A stretch of 63,486 nucleotides of DNA, filler included, from Octopus bimaculoides (lineage: Eukaryota), in NCBI RefSeq assembly GCF_001194135.2. It is 7 parts of 7 records of this genome, joined end to end, with 100 filler letters (N's around TTAATTAATTAA, not from the genome) between each part and the next. Parts side by side here need not be neighbours in the genome. Positions count along the whole stretch, not along the records: positions 44,117 to 52,615 come from NC_068982.1; positions 52,716 to 59,857 come from NC_068986.1; positions 59,958 to 61,322 come from NW_026419021.1; positions 61,423 to 63,486 come from NC_068990.1; 3 more parts are not named here. One strand, written 5' to 3'. A model generated the notes under the pieces. The model did not search any database, was not told where the DNA came from, and was given only the letters and a program-made list of their open reading frames with translations. The first letter of the stretch is position 1; each line of letters begins with the position of its first letter. Made by a program: the position numbers and the translations under genes. Below, in pieces: positions 51,090 to 63,168 of the stretch.

Positions 51090-51215
51090 GACGGGCTTCT
51101 TTCAGTTTTAGTCTACCAAATTCTCTTACATGACTTTGGTCAGCCCGAGGCTATAAAAGATACTTGCTCAAGGAACCATATGGTTGGGAAGCAATCTTTT
51201 TTACCACACAGCTAC
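51090..51215 (-). mobile_element. SINE family A with internal deletion
   Basis: gacgggcttctttcagtt...ttgggaagcaa..tttttaccacacagc. Confidence 0.85.
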
Positions 51216-51462
51216 GACTTCGTTTATATATACACTGATACACATATATACATATATAAATATATATATATATACAAACACACACACACGCAGATACACA
51301 CATATGTATATATGCAAATATACCTGCAATCGGCATGTTGGACCGCTGAACTCTACACACATACATGCATAAATATATATATACAAATATACATCCACCT
51401 TGTTGAACCGCTGAGTTCTACATGTTTTTTTTCATTCTCTCTCCCTTTATTTTCTCTTATTC

Positions 51463-51590
51463 CTTTTTGTTGAAGAGCGTAGGCTCGAAACGTACAAGAC
51501 TTATTCATTTTTCCTGAGCGTCAAACTAATACACTTGCTTGTTGTTCCTTCACCTGAACTCGTCTATTGTTTTTCTATAAATTTCAACTA
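51463..51590 (+). mobile_element. PLE pLTR-like repeat with a minimal hammerhead-like motif (51463-51498)
   Basis: cttt-ttgttga-a-gagc gtag gctc-gaaa-c-gta-caag. Confidence 0.62.
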
Positions 51591-51909
51591 TATATACAAA
51601 TATATATAGAAATACATGCACACAAGCAAGTGTGAATAGTGAAAGGAGAGCAAGTACAGTGCTTGAGTGGACAACAGCAGAGAGACCTATACATTTCCGT
51701 ATGTCTGCCTGTTTGTATAGTCAATCTCATATCGCTGCTCATAGTCGATCAGCTCTTTAATAGACAGTGCTTGTATCTCGATATCTTATACTGCATCAGA
51801 CCTTCATACAATACAAGACTACAATGCGATAATAAGAGAGACAGGCAGGTAGTAAGGACAAGATAAATAGAAAAATATAGGAAGAGAGAGAGGCAGAGAG
51901 ATAGAGAAA

Positions 51910-51976
<67 letters not shown>

Positions 51977-52016
51977 CAGGCAGACATGATAGACATGACA
52001 GATACGCAATGCATAC

Positions 52017-52048
<32 letters not shown>

Positions 52049-52339
52049 TACACACAAACACACACACACATATATATATAGCATATATATGTATGTGTGT
52101 GTGTATGTATAATATATATATATGTATGTATATGTGTAGGAATGTGTGTGAGTTTCTGTACATACATGCCTATATACGTATGCACGTACAACCATCCGTC
52201 TATCCATACATACCTGCGTGGTGTATGTGTGTGGGTGCAAATATCTATATATAAATATATGAATGTGTTTTGGTGCAAGTATGCATATAAGTATATACAT
52301 CTGTAGACATAGATAAAACAAATATATATTGGGTTACTT

Positions 52340-52382
<43 letters not shown>

Positions 52383-52499
52383 CATGGATAGATATTCCTG
52401 AATATATATATAGTAGATATATGTATAAACACGCTAACAAAACATGTATGTAGACATGGAGATATCTAAAATGATGCAATATAAAAGAAAAACATTACA

Positions 52500-52539
<40 letters not shown>

Positions 52540-52543
<4 letters not shown>

Positions 52544-52615
52544 GAGATTATACAAAAAATAACAACAGACGAGGACAGGTGGTGTAAATAACAAAAGTAT
52601 ATATTAGTATGACGC
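52540..52615 (-). mobile_element. 3' fragment of the hammerhead-bearing pLTR-like repeat
   Basis: Near-identical to 41550-41615. Confidence 0.7.
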
Positions 52616-52715
52616 NNNNNNNNNNNNNNNNNNNNNNNNNNNNNNNNNNNNNNNNNNNNTTAATTAATTAANNNNNNNNNNNNNNNNNNNNNNNNNNNNN
52701 NNNNNNNNNNNNNNN

Positions 52716-52748
<33 letters not shown>

Positions 52749-55303
52749 TTATATAAATATATATAAATACATACATGCATACACACACATATGCACATAT
52801 GAATATATGTGTTTGTTTGTGTATATATACATACTCGTACACACACATTAATACACAATAATGATATGTGCTCATGTAAAAAACAAAGTGATGTAATACA
52901 GACACATATGCAATAAAACATTGACATACAGACATATTATACTGGAACATCTATGTATATGATTATAATCTCTTGCAAGTGCATACATACTAAAAAAATA
53001 CACTACTAAGATAGATACACATGTATCTACACATACATGTATCTATGTTAGTAGGTCTATCTATAATCTACACATGTATATACATAGATGTGCATAATAT
53101 ATCACATTTATGCATACAAACACTTATACAAACTCTTTCACACACACACATAGAAACAAACAAGAACAGCTATTGTTGGATAATTGGAACTACATAGTGA
53201 TAAAATGTAATAAATTGTAAAAAAAAAAAAACATTAAAGAAATAAAAATTGAACTAAATCAGTGAATTATATGGTTGACTAATTCTAATAATACAGATTG
53301 ACTGCTCACATGCAAATTATACTTTTTATATATATATATTTTTTTTTAGTTTCTATTTCATAAAAATCAATAAAGAAAAAATGATGGTGATAAAGATGAT
53401 GGTGTCAGTAGGTTGACATTTTCAATGGAAAGACTAGTTTAGCTCTGGTGAAACAAACCAATATTAGAGAAATAAACAACTGAATACATAAATCAGGTTC
53501 CTTGTGTTGTAGAGAAGTTGACTCATCTAGGAGAGCAGTCACTTTGAGATAAAATTGATATCAAGTGAGCCAATAAGGGAATTACTTCATGGTCACTTGA
53601 CCGGCTAGAAATACCAGCAAAATCTCTTTCAAATCAAAGCTTAAAGGTAGAAGAATAGAGAAGCAAGCACCCACTGATCTTTTTAGGGACTCTGAGATTG
53701 CTGTAAGACAAGTATTTATCATCAGGGAGGAGACTTGGCATGAATGCTTGTAGCATAATGAACTCTACTAAAAGTCTGTGAGGGCCAAATGATGGTCTCA
53801 AATCATATAATGGATAATATGTCTATCAATCATGAAGAAAAATATGTCTTCAGAGAGACTTCTGCACATTTTCCATCTGCCAAATTTCACTTATGAGGTT
53901 TTGGTTGATTTGAGGTAGTGTTTGAAGATACTTGCCCATGAATGCATGCCATGGGATAAATTCTGAAATAACATGATTATGAAATGAACATAATTACACT
54001 ACAGCCATGCCTGCACTCACTGTGTCTAAAAACAAAAGACAAGATAGTCACAGTTAGGAAACTGTTGATCATAGGTCTTCTGGATCTTTGGTGACCTGCA
54101 GCAAAACAAACAGCAGTGGATACAGGTTAGAAAAAGCTTTTATTTTATGACTATCTTGCTGTGACAATAGTATTGTTATGTTTAAAGGTTGTCAGTAGGA
54201 AGGGAACTGAATGCTAAAAAAGGCTTTCAGTTTTTAAACACCAATCAAATATGAAGTTTGACATATCAAAACTAGCTTTATCAAGAAGACTAATACCTAT
54301 TGTGTACATATTAACTGTCTTCAAATAATTCTACTGTTATCACTACCAGCATATCAGCGTCACTATAACCAGCATTAGCACCACAGCCACTACCACTATC
54401 TTAATCAGTAACAGAACCATTATTTTTGCTAGTAATAATAGCTAAATCTCCCTCAAATCTGCTATTATCTTAAAGCACATTAAATAATGTAATTTGAGAA
54501 ACACTATTCCTAAATAAAAGATGGTTTGCTTTATCAGAGCTTATTGGGGGCTAAACTACAACAACATGACTTCCTTCTTTTTAGGTTTCTTTTTGCAGGA
54601 GATCAAAGAAGACATAGGAAGAAGTAAAGAAATCAAATCTTAGGAAGTTAGATGTCACAGAGCAGACACAAGATCAAGAGGACTTAAAGATATAAATTGT
54701 ATTGCTGATCCATACAACCTATAAAAGTAATGAGCCAATGACAATAACTTTTGGGTGGTTGTTCAATTTTCTAGAATAGGAGCCAAATCTCCATCGAATC
54801 ACAAATTGAATAATGAAGTTCTACATGCCTTTAAAAAGATGGAATTGTTATGAGTGGATTGCAATCTATAGTTGAAATAAAGAAAATAGTAATAGTAATG
54901 ATTACTTTAAATAATATTGATTTCTAACATAGACACAACACCTCTAATATGGTTTATATAGGCAATTGGTTTGGTTCACCATTCAACTGGTACTTATTTT
55001 ATTTACTCCGGAAGAATGGAAGTAAAGTTAACACCAGTGGCATTTGAAACCAGCTTCAAAATATAAAATTAAATACTGCAAGACATATTTTTGATACTCT
55101 AAACTATTTTGTTTATCCTTCAAATATTAATACACAAAACAGATCATTATGTACTGGTGCACAAGCTGGAAAAACTGAGTCATAAAAGCATCTAAGAGGT
55201 GTGTGATGTGACATGAATGATGTCATGAAAACAAGACGCAATGACTGAGAGTAAGTGTAATTCCACATTAAAGAGGATGCAAAGAGCATGGTTTTATGTG
55301 TAA

Positions 55304-55351
<48 letters not shown>

Positions 55352-55703
55352 CATATGTATGTGCCATACTATATACTATGACTTCATATCAAATAACAAG
55401 AGTAAGTCAGTAGGTTGGAGGTTCATGTCCAAAATCAGTTGCCTTATTTCTCAAAACCTCAAAGATTGGTGTGACAAAGATCATGGAAGCAGAGGAGCAG
55501 TTATAAAAAACCTATAGACCAGCCAACAACAATGATAAAGACAATAGCAACAATAACACATCACTCTTATATTGGTTATTCCAACTTCTTCCCCACACTT
55601 TCTATTGGCCTCAGTACTAGACTATTTTCTGTAGCCAATATAGGGTTAGCATTTATAAGCTTAAGCTCAAAATTATTATTTACAGAATATATATATATAT
55701 CTG

Positions 55704-55740
<37 letters not shown>

Positions 55741-55973
55741 NNNNNNNNNNNNNNNNNNNNNNNNNNNNNNNNNNNNNNNNNNNNNNNNNNNNNNNNNNNN
55801 NNNNNNNNNNATATATATATATATATATATAAAACAATTGCAGCATGGAATTTTGTCAGTGAACAGGTCGCAGTCTCAAAGCAACAAAAATATTTTGGCA
55901 AATTAAATTTTAATGTTGAAGTGAATCTAACGGTTTTTGTGTGTTTCTTAAATGGCTTATAAACACCTTCTAT

Positions 55974-56043
55974 GCTGCAATTCTTTTTGTTCCAGCACAC
56001 GATCTCAGATCAGGTCGCTTGCTATGCAAGTACATCTCCGTAA
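55974..56043 (-). mobile_element. Right TIR of the unclassified MITE family; partial left TIR at ~55828-55850
   Basis: Reverse complement of 8558-8627; aaaacaattgcagcatgg at ~55828 is inverted relative to ctatgctgcaattctttt at ~55970. Confidence 0.6.
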
Positions 56044-56060
56044 TATATATATATATGTAT

Positions 56061-59000
56061 ATATAGGAAAATGTGTTGTTGAAAATGCACTTAAATTTCA
56101 AAAGCTCGTAGATGTTTAAAATACATTTATTTGCATATATACCAAACTAGTTTCAACAATATTTTTTGTTTATCAATGGTAAAATTTTAAAATTAGAAAA
56201 ACATTGTTAAAAGTTTCAGTGTTGACAAATCAAAATGTTTCAATGTTGACAAACTAAAATGTTTCAATGTTGACAAATTAAAATGTTTAGACAAACTGTG
56301 CCAAAACCGGGACACTCAATGGCACCAACCAAATATGATACTCCGAAGGTGATAAATCTCTCACAAAAAGCCATTTCAAACCAGGAAATCAAAATTCTTG
56401 CAAAAGGATTGAAGTTCACCCCTACACCACAAAGGTCAAACCTAAATGACATACAAAATGATATCCAAGAATTCTGCAGAAAACTTTGCATCACTGAAGA
56501 ACTACTAGATAAAGAAAATAACGATCAATCCATCATTCTCAATAAAAGCAATTACTGTCCAACAAAAGGAAAAAATCAAACTCTGGATAACTTTTGTGAC
56601 TTGATTTCCAGTTTCCCCTACAATTTACTCACACCCTGAAAATTTAAAATAAATACAAATAAAGAAGAATGGGAAACCATCAATAATCTCAGGGAGGGTG
56701 ACAACATAATTATAAAAGAAGCTGACAAAGGGAGTTCTGTAGTTATGGATTCAGAAAAATACATAAACACTACCCTAACCCACCTTCAAGACAATACCTA
56801 CTATGAAAAAATCAACAACTACAGTCAATCCAAGATAATGACCAAACTGTCTACCCTTATCCAACAATTCCAACAAGGTTTAACACAAAATGAGACAGAC
56901 TACTTGACTAGATTTGACTGCAAAACCAGTAACTCCTATGGACTTTCCAAAATCCACAAAAGTGAGGCCACAAATGAAGCCTGTAACAAATCAACCCGAG
57001 AGATCTCAAAATGAGACCAATTGTGGCCAGTCCCTCTTGTGAGACACACAGACTCAGTAATTTTATTGACATCCTCCTCAAACCTATTCTCCAACATATA
57101 CCAAGCTTTATACAGGATGATCTGGACTTTTTAAACCATCTCCTGACCAAAACCAGCAAAGACTCCCTCCTGGTTTCATTTGATGTAATAAACCTCTACA
57201 CCTTGATTCCTCATGAATATGGAATAATAGCCATACAATACTGGCTGGAAAAATTCCCAAATGACATTCCGGACAGAATCGGAAAAGAATTCATCGTTGA
57301 AGGAATAAGGTTCATTCTACAGAACAACTTCTTCAATTTCAACGAAAACACTTATAGACAAAAATTGGGCACAGCGATGGGAACAAGGGTAGTGTATACT
57401 TTTGCCAACCTTGTCATGGCATACTTGGAAATCCAAATATATGAACACGCTAGATTGAAATTTGGGGAAAACTTCCAAAAATACTTACTTACAAACTGGA
57501 AATGCTACCTGAATGACTGTTTCATCCATTGGCCACATAACATTGAACAACTCACAAAATTTAAAAACTTAATCAACAGCATTAACCACAGTATCCAATT
57601 CACTATGGAATACAACCCTTCCTGGACATCTTAATAATAAAGAGAGACACAGAGATTGAAACCGATATCTTCTTCAAACCAACAGTCTCAAAACAATATT
57701 TTCTATTCTCCTCTTGCCACCCGAAACATACTAAAATAAATATACCGTTCAACGTAGCGAGAAGAATTTGCATTATTGCATCAAATCCTGAAACCCGAGA
57801 AAAGCGACACTAAGGACTTAAAACCTGATTACAGTCATTCTAATCAAAAATGGAATAGAACTTGCAAAAATGATAGACATCCAAGAGTTAGGAAAACAAG
57901 AAAACACCATGACACACTTAAAACTCTATCTTATGTATCAACACACAATCCAAGAAACAAGGAAGCATCCAACATCATCCACCAAAACATTCCCATCCTT
58001 ATGAAGGATCCACAAATGAAAAAGGCACTAAAAACACATAGGATTATTAAAAGTAAGAGACAACCACAATCTCTAAATAAATTACTCACCAGCGCCAAAT
58101 TACCCACCAAAAATACAACCTCACAAGTCAAAAAGTGCAAAAGCCCTAACTGTGGAACTTGCACCTTTCTCTTAGAGGGCTCAACATACAAATTTAAGCC
58201 AGGCCAAACATTTACCATAAAATATGACTTCCCCTGTGCTTCGAAGAACTTAATCTATGTTCTTGAATGTGGAGATTGTGGTGTAGACTACATTAGTCAA
58301 ACAAGCTTAACTTTGAGGGATAGACTTATGGTGCACAGACAACAAATCCGGGACCCCACCACTAGGAAAATTCCCGTTAGCCAGCACCAAGACCAATGTC
58401 CCATAGACAAAAACCCTAAATACCAAATCTTCCTTCTCTATCAATGCAATGGAAACACTTCAGCTCAATTCTGTTTAAATAAGGAAAACATACTGATTAA
58501 AAAATATAAACCACAACTGAATATCCTAATATCCTTTAGAAAGAAGAAAAAGCAATATAAAGAAGAGAAAAAAAGTCTCAATTTCAACACAAAAAAAAAA
58601 CAACAAAATTTTAGTAACAATCTTCCACCCGGGTTTTGAAACCGCAACTCCAAATCACCACACAAACACAAGATGCTATCACCCACCTCCAATCCAATGA
58701 AATTCCACAAACACCAGTTGCTGATGTTACATAGTTCCAGACCAATCAAAACTGCCCTTCAGCGAATACAATGAAATGACCCTTTAAGAGAACCAACCAG
58801 CCGGAACAACCTATAACCATATCCATAAGGAAACCAACCAAGCAGAACGACAAGCTTGACCACTGAAGAAAAACGTCATCAAATTTTCAATGAATCAAAA
58901 ATCAGATCTGCTTGCAGAAAACAATTTATAAATACATCTGATCCCTAAACATACTATTACAAGTGAAAGCAACTATTTAAAGAAGATCTGAGAAACAGTA

Positions 59001-59341
59001 AACCAAATTCCCTTTTTTTACTATTTTAATTCTCACACTTATTTTTTTCTTGTCGACTACCACTGAAATTAATGAACCTTGTACAGTTTTAATTTTAATC
59101 TTACACCTGTTTTGAACATGATAATTTATCAACATTGAAACATTTTAGTTTGACAACATTGAAACATTTTGATTTGTCAATATTGAAACTTTTAACAATG
59201 TTATTCTAATTTTTAACTTTTACCATTGATAAACAAAAAATATTGTTGAAACTAGTTTGGTATATATGTAAATAAATGTATTTTAAACATTTACGAGCTT
59301 TTGAAATTTAAGTGCATTTTCAATAAGACATTTTCCTATAT
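56061..59341 (+). mobile_element. Near-full-length Penelope-like retroelement bracketed by ~230-bp inverted repeats (56061-56290 / 59112-59341)
   Basis: RT + C-terminal GIY-YIG coding region; arms align by eye with roughly a dozen substitutions. Confidence 0.92.
56283..58639 (+). pseudogene. PLE polyprotein pseudogene (N-terminal domain, RT, Cys-rich linker, GIY-YIG), broken by stops and frameshifts
   Basis: VINLS..KGLKFTPTP, IIIKEADKGSSVVMD, YGLSKIHK, MRPIVAS, LVSFDVINLYT.IP, GTAMGT, YLNDCF (YxDD decayed), PFLDI, SCHPKHTKINIPF, CKSPNCGTC, NLIYVLECGDCGVDYISQT. Confidence 0.93.
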
Positions 59342-59472
59342 TTTTTTCCTGTATGGAAACACCACTTCTTCTTTTTGCTATAAGTGTGTGTATATGTTCA
59401 TATATATATATAGATTTATATTTGTAAAGGTGGATATGTGAATGTATAAGTGTGTGTGTGTGTATATATATA

Positions 59473-59813
59473 TATATCCAAAGTTAAACATTTTTAAATT
59501 TAAGAGAGAGATTTGACGCTAATATCCATTATTAATGTAATTTATTCCTATGTCAACATTTCTGTATAAAGCTATATTTGACCGTCAAATTTAAGTCAAA
59601 CATATAAGTTGCCTTACACGTCTTCAGGGAATACATTTGAGAACAAATAAATCAAACAAAAGTAAAAAATAGGAGATCAATACCGCATTTCTAGGTTTCT
59701 TCCATATTTAAATTTGTCGTTAAATGACTCTTTAATTTTGTCCCTTTCTAAACGAAAGTCCATTAAGCGTCAAATCTCTCTCTTAAATTTAAAAATTTAA
59801 AACTTTGGATATA
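59473..59813. mobile_element. MITE, ~340 bp with ~55-bp TIRs in a TA context
   Basis: tatccaaagtt...tttttaaatttaagagagagatttgacgct at the left end; its reverse complement at ~59763-59813. Confidence 0.78.
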
Positions 59814-60510
59814 TAAACAAAGAGAATGATCCCTAAGGAGTCTAATTTAGACTTTTTNNNNNNNNNNNNNNNNNNNNNNNNNNNNNNNNNNNNNNNNNNN
59901 NTTAATTAATTAANNNNNNNNNNNNNNNNNNNNNNNNNNNNNNNNNNNNNNNNNNNNCACGTATATATACAAACACACACACATGTGTGTGTGTGTGTGT
60001 GTATTGATGCAAACAGGAAAAATAGAACTGAAAATGAGTACATGTATATGTTTTATTAATATTTAGCGGAAGCAAAAGAGTGACTCGAGGTCTACATACA
60101 AAACTCTCAGAACTTGAGTCACTCTTACTTCTGCACACACCTATATCTATCGTCATTATACTTCTTGTGTCTCCTTAGAATCTATAAAAAGTTGTAGGTT
60201 TTATATGTGTCATAGCAAGTCCTCTTTCGTTGGCTGTCGTTAGTCATTTAAAGCCACAACAGCCATTGTTTACCGTGTGAGTCTTTCTTCCTGAAAAGTT
60301 ACAGCTGAATGCCTCTTCCTCTCACCAACCGCTTTGCAAACAACATGGAGGAAATCACCGACAGGTCCGGTTAAAAATGGTCTCAGGATATTAAGCGTCA
60401 CACGTGAGATGACAAGCAAACGCAACAAAGGGGGAAGACACTGCGTTGGAAAGGTTCCTTCCGATCCATGCAAGCAGAGAAAAGCAGATGCAAAAATTAT
60501 GGGGATTTAT

Positions 60511-60672
60511 GGTAGGCGTGGCTTTGTGGTACTGAGTTTGCTCCCCAACCACACGGTTCCAAGTTCAGTCCCACTGCATGGCACCTTGGCCAAGTGTCTT
60601 CTATTATATAGCCTTTGAGCCGACCAAGATTTTGTGAGTGGATTAGATAGATGGAAACTGAAAGAAGCCCAT
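60511..60672 (+). mobile_element. SINE family A
   Basis: ggcgtggctttgtggt...gttcagtcccactgcatggcaccttggccaagtgtctt...gaaagaagccc. Confidence 0.9.
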
Positions 60673-60891
60673 TGTATGTATGCATGTGTGTGCGTATGTG
60701 TGCCTATCTGTTTGTTTGTCTCCCACCACTGCATGACAACTGGTGTTGGTTAACAAGATTGCTTTGCATTTACATGGTTTCAGCTTCAGTCCCACTGAAT
60801 ATATACATATGACACAATTATGTGATATAAATATATACTACATACATATATACACACAATGATTATGTAATATATATATAATATCTACTAT

Positions 60892-61250
60892 GGAGGCGCA
60901 ATGGCCTTGTGGTTAGGGTAGCAGATGCGTAGTTGTAGGATTGCAGTTTCGATTCCCAGACCTGGCACTGTGAGTGTTTACTGAGCGAAAACACCTAAAA
61001 GCTCCACAAGGCTCCGGCAGGGGATGGTGGCGAACCCTGCTGTACTCTTCCACCACAACTTTCTCTCACTCTTTCTTCCTGTTTCTGTTGTGCCTGTAAT
61101 TCAAAGGGCTAGCCTTGTCACACTGTGTCACGTTGAATATCCCTGAGAACTATGTTAAGGGTACACGTGTCTGTGGAGTGCTCAGCTAATTTCATGAGCA
61201 GGCTGTTCCGTTGATCGGATCAACTGGAACCCTTCATATTGTAACCAAAG
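60892..61250 (+). mobile_element. SINE family C variant (different central domain, shared tail)
   Basis: tRNA-like head ggcgcaatggccttgtggttagg; tail gccttgtcacact...ccctgagaacta.gttaagggtacacgtgtct...gttgatcggatcaactggaacc as in 37800. Confidence 0.85.
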
Positions 61251-61422
61251 GAATGGCCACGATAATATCTACCTATATATATACTGGAGTAAGCACATGA
61301 AATGTGCAACAAGGTGGAAAAANNNNNNNNNNNNNNNNNNNNNNNNNNNNNNNNNNNNNNNNNNNNTTAATTAATTAANNNNNNNNNNNNNNNNNNNNNN
61401 NNNNNNNNNNNNNNNNNNNNNN

Positions 61423-61715
61423 CTCAGCCTTCCTCAGTTAGTTTTCTACCATATTTCTTAAAAATCGTGGTAGAGGCCTTGGTCTCGAGACCATTCGTGT
61501 CTAGAAACTGAGGTTGGGGGTAAGCAAGGGCATGCTCCCCATAGAAGATCCATCTCCAAAAAAGCCTCATGATAGCAAAGGAGAATGGGCACCAGCCAGC
61601 CCAAAGGTTGGAGTCGGCTGCACCTGCCTACCTCGGTTGCTGTGGCATTGAGGTCGATCCAACCACCCCCGTTAACGGGGACAAACTCCGGATTTAAAAC
61701 ACTTGATGATGATGA
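61423..61715 (+). mobile_element. Probable 3' end of an RTE-type LINE with a (GAT)n tail
   Basis: GC-richer segment ending ccccgttaacggggacaaactccgg...gatgatgatgat; class assigned from tail type only. Confidence 0.35.
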
Positions 61716-61871
61716 TAATAGAACCAGAGCTAGTCACAGATAGTTTGGGACCAAAAGAACTTGAATGGAAGACAGAAAGGTCAATCATTTAACCTTTACT
61801 GCTTTCAGTGAATGGGACCCCACCTTAAAGGCTTTTAGTCACACATGCAACCCTTTTGCTCTTGGTGATCG

Positions 61872-62022
61872 TAGCATGGCCAGTTGCAATAAACAATATA
61901 CTCCATGGTTTCAGGTTCAGTCCCTTTCTGTAGCACCTTGAACAAGTGTCTTCTACTATAACCCCAGGCTGACCAGAGCCTTGCAAGTGACTGTAGTAGA
62001 TGGAAACTGAAAGAAGCCCATT
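61872..62022 (+). mobile_element. SINE family A (diverged)
   Basis: ggttcagtcc...caagtgtcttctactata...ggaaactgaaagaagccc. Confidence 0.8.
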
Positions 62023-62051
62023 GTGTGTATGTACATATTCTTTTCCTTTAT

Positions 62052-62215
62052 TTTTCTTACTTGTTTCAGTCATTTTGACTGTGGCCATACTGGAGCACCA
62101 ACTTCAGTCAAACAGATCGACCCCAGGACTTATTCTTTGTAAGCCCAGTACTCCTTTTGTTCTCTTTTACTGAACGTAAACACACCAACATTGGTTGTCA
62201 AGCGAAGGGGGGAGG
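62052..62215 (+). mobile_element. SINE-like family D
   Basis: cttgtttcagtcattttgactgtggccatactggagcacc...gaccccaggacttatt. Confidence 0.78.
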
Positions 62216-62220
62216 ACAAA

Positions 62221-62342
62221 TCCACTCACAAGGCTTTGGTTGGCCCGAGGCTATAGTAGAAGGCACTTGGCCAAGGTGCCACACAGTGGGAATAAACCTA
62301 GAAACATGAGGTTGGGAAGCAAGCTTCTTATCACACAGTCAC
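62221..62342 (-). mobile_element. SINE family A
   Basis: ccactcacaaggctttggttggcccgaggctatagtagaag...gggaagcaagcttctt. Confidence 0.85.
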
Positions 62343-62385
62343 TGCTGAACCTATTATATATGTGTGTGTGTGTGTGTATATATAT

Positions 62386-62460
62386 AGTAATGTCTCGACT
62401 ATCGCAAGTGTTACATTCTAAACCCCACTGCAGTAGGTGAAAATCCGCGAAGTAGAATAG
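62386..62460 (+). mobile_element. Possible pogo/Tigger-like MITE left end
   Basis: tagtaatgtctcgactatcgc...gtaggtgaaaatccgcgaagtag resembles CAGT...CCTCG Tigger-type termini; no partner end found. Confidence 0.3.
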
Positions 62461-62610
62461 AAACAGTACTGTTCTGTATATTCTTTCTTTATTTTTATAA
62501 ATTGTATATATTTATTTTTTTATAAATGCAAAACAACACCACAGAGGAATCGATGTAAGCTTAGGTGAACTGCAATATGGCAAGGGATTACTGAGTGTGT
62601 GTGTATATAT

Positions 62611-62930
62611 TATCATCATCGTTTAACGTACGCTTTCCGTGCTGGCATAGGTTGGACGGTCAGGCATGGAGCTTGCTAGCAGAGACTTGTCCAAACTCCA
62701 GCTGTCTGTCGAGGCAAGGGTTTTAATAGCTGGATGCTCATCCTGACGTTAAACACTTAACAGTGAGCTGAGTGCCTTTTACATGCCACCGGCATGGGTG
62801 CACTCAAGCAGCAGTGGCACAGGTGCATTTACACAACACTGGTATGGGTGCATTTATGCAGCACTGGCATAGTTGTATTTACACAGCACCAGCAGGGCTG
62901 TGCAGTACTGGTATGGGTGCGTTAACACAC
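62611..62930 (-). mobile_element. Dispersed repeat with a (GAT)n-type tail and internal ~23-bp tandem units
   Basis: tcatcatcatcgtttaacgtacgctttccgtgctggcatagg; a related tail occurs on + at ~60460-60500; (c/a)ctgg(c/t)atgggtgc units recur at 62790-62925. Confidence 0.5.
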
Positions 62931-63084
62931 ATACGTGTGTCTTTTGTACTTGTGTCTGTCACCAAAGTACTTGACAAACAGGGTTGATATGTTTACATTT
63001 CTGTAACTTAGTAATTTGGTTAAAAATGCTGATAGAATAAATATAAAACCTAAAAATAAAAAAATTAAAAAGTACTGGAATCAA

Positions 63085-63168
63085 TTTTTTCGACTTAACT
63101 CTTCAAGATGGTGCCCCAGCATGGGCATAGTCCAATGATTGTAACAAGTAAATAAAAAACTAAAAGAT
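63085..63168 (-). mobile_element. SINE-like family D, 5' fragment
   Basis: Reverse complement of the family D head (cttgttacaatcattggactatgcccatgctggggcacc..cttgaagagtt..agtcgaa). Confidence 0.6.

Noticed and set aside
56637-56639. In-frame TGA in the PLE ORF as selenocysteine (Naiad-like)
   Set aside because: The frame does continue (KFKINTNKEEW...ADKG), but the position is not a conserved Cys, CGA-to-TGA decay is simpler, and the copy has other frameshifts and stops.
58860-59010. Hammerhead in the 3' pLTR of the large PLE (ctgaagaaaaacgtc; aagaagatctgagaaacagta)
   Set aside because: Each candidate lacks either stem II or the CUGA core, so neither can be supported without a family consensus.
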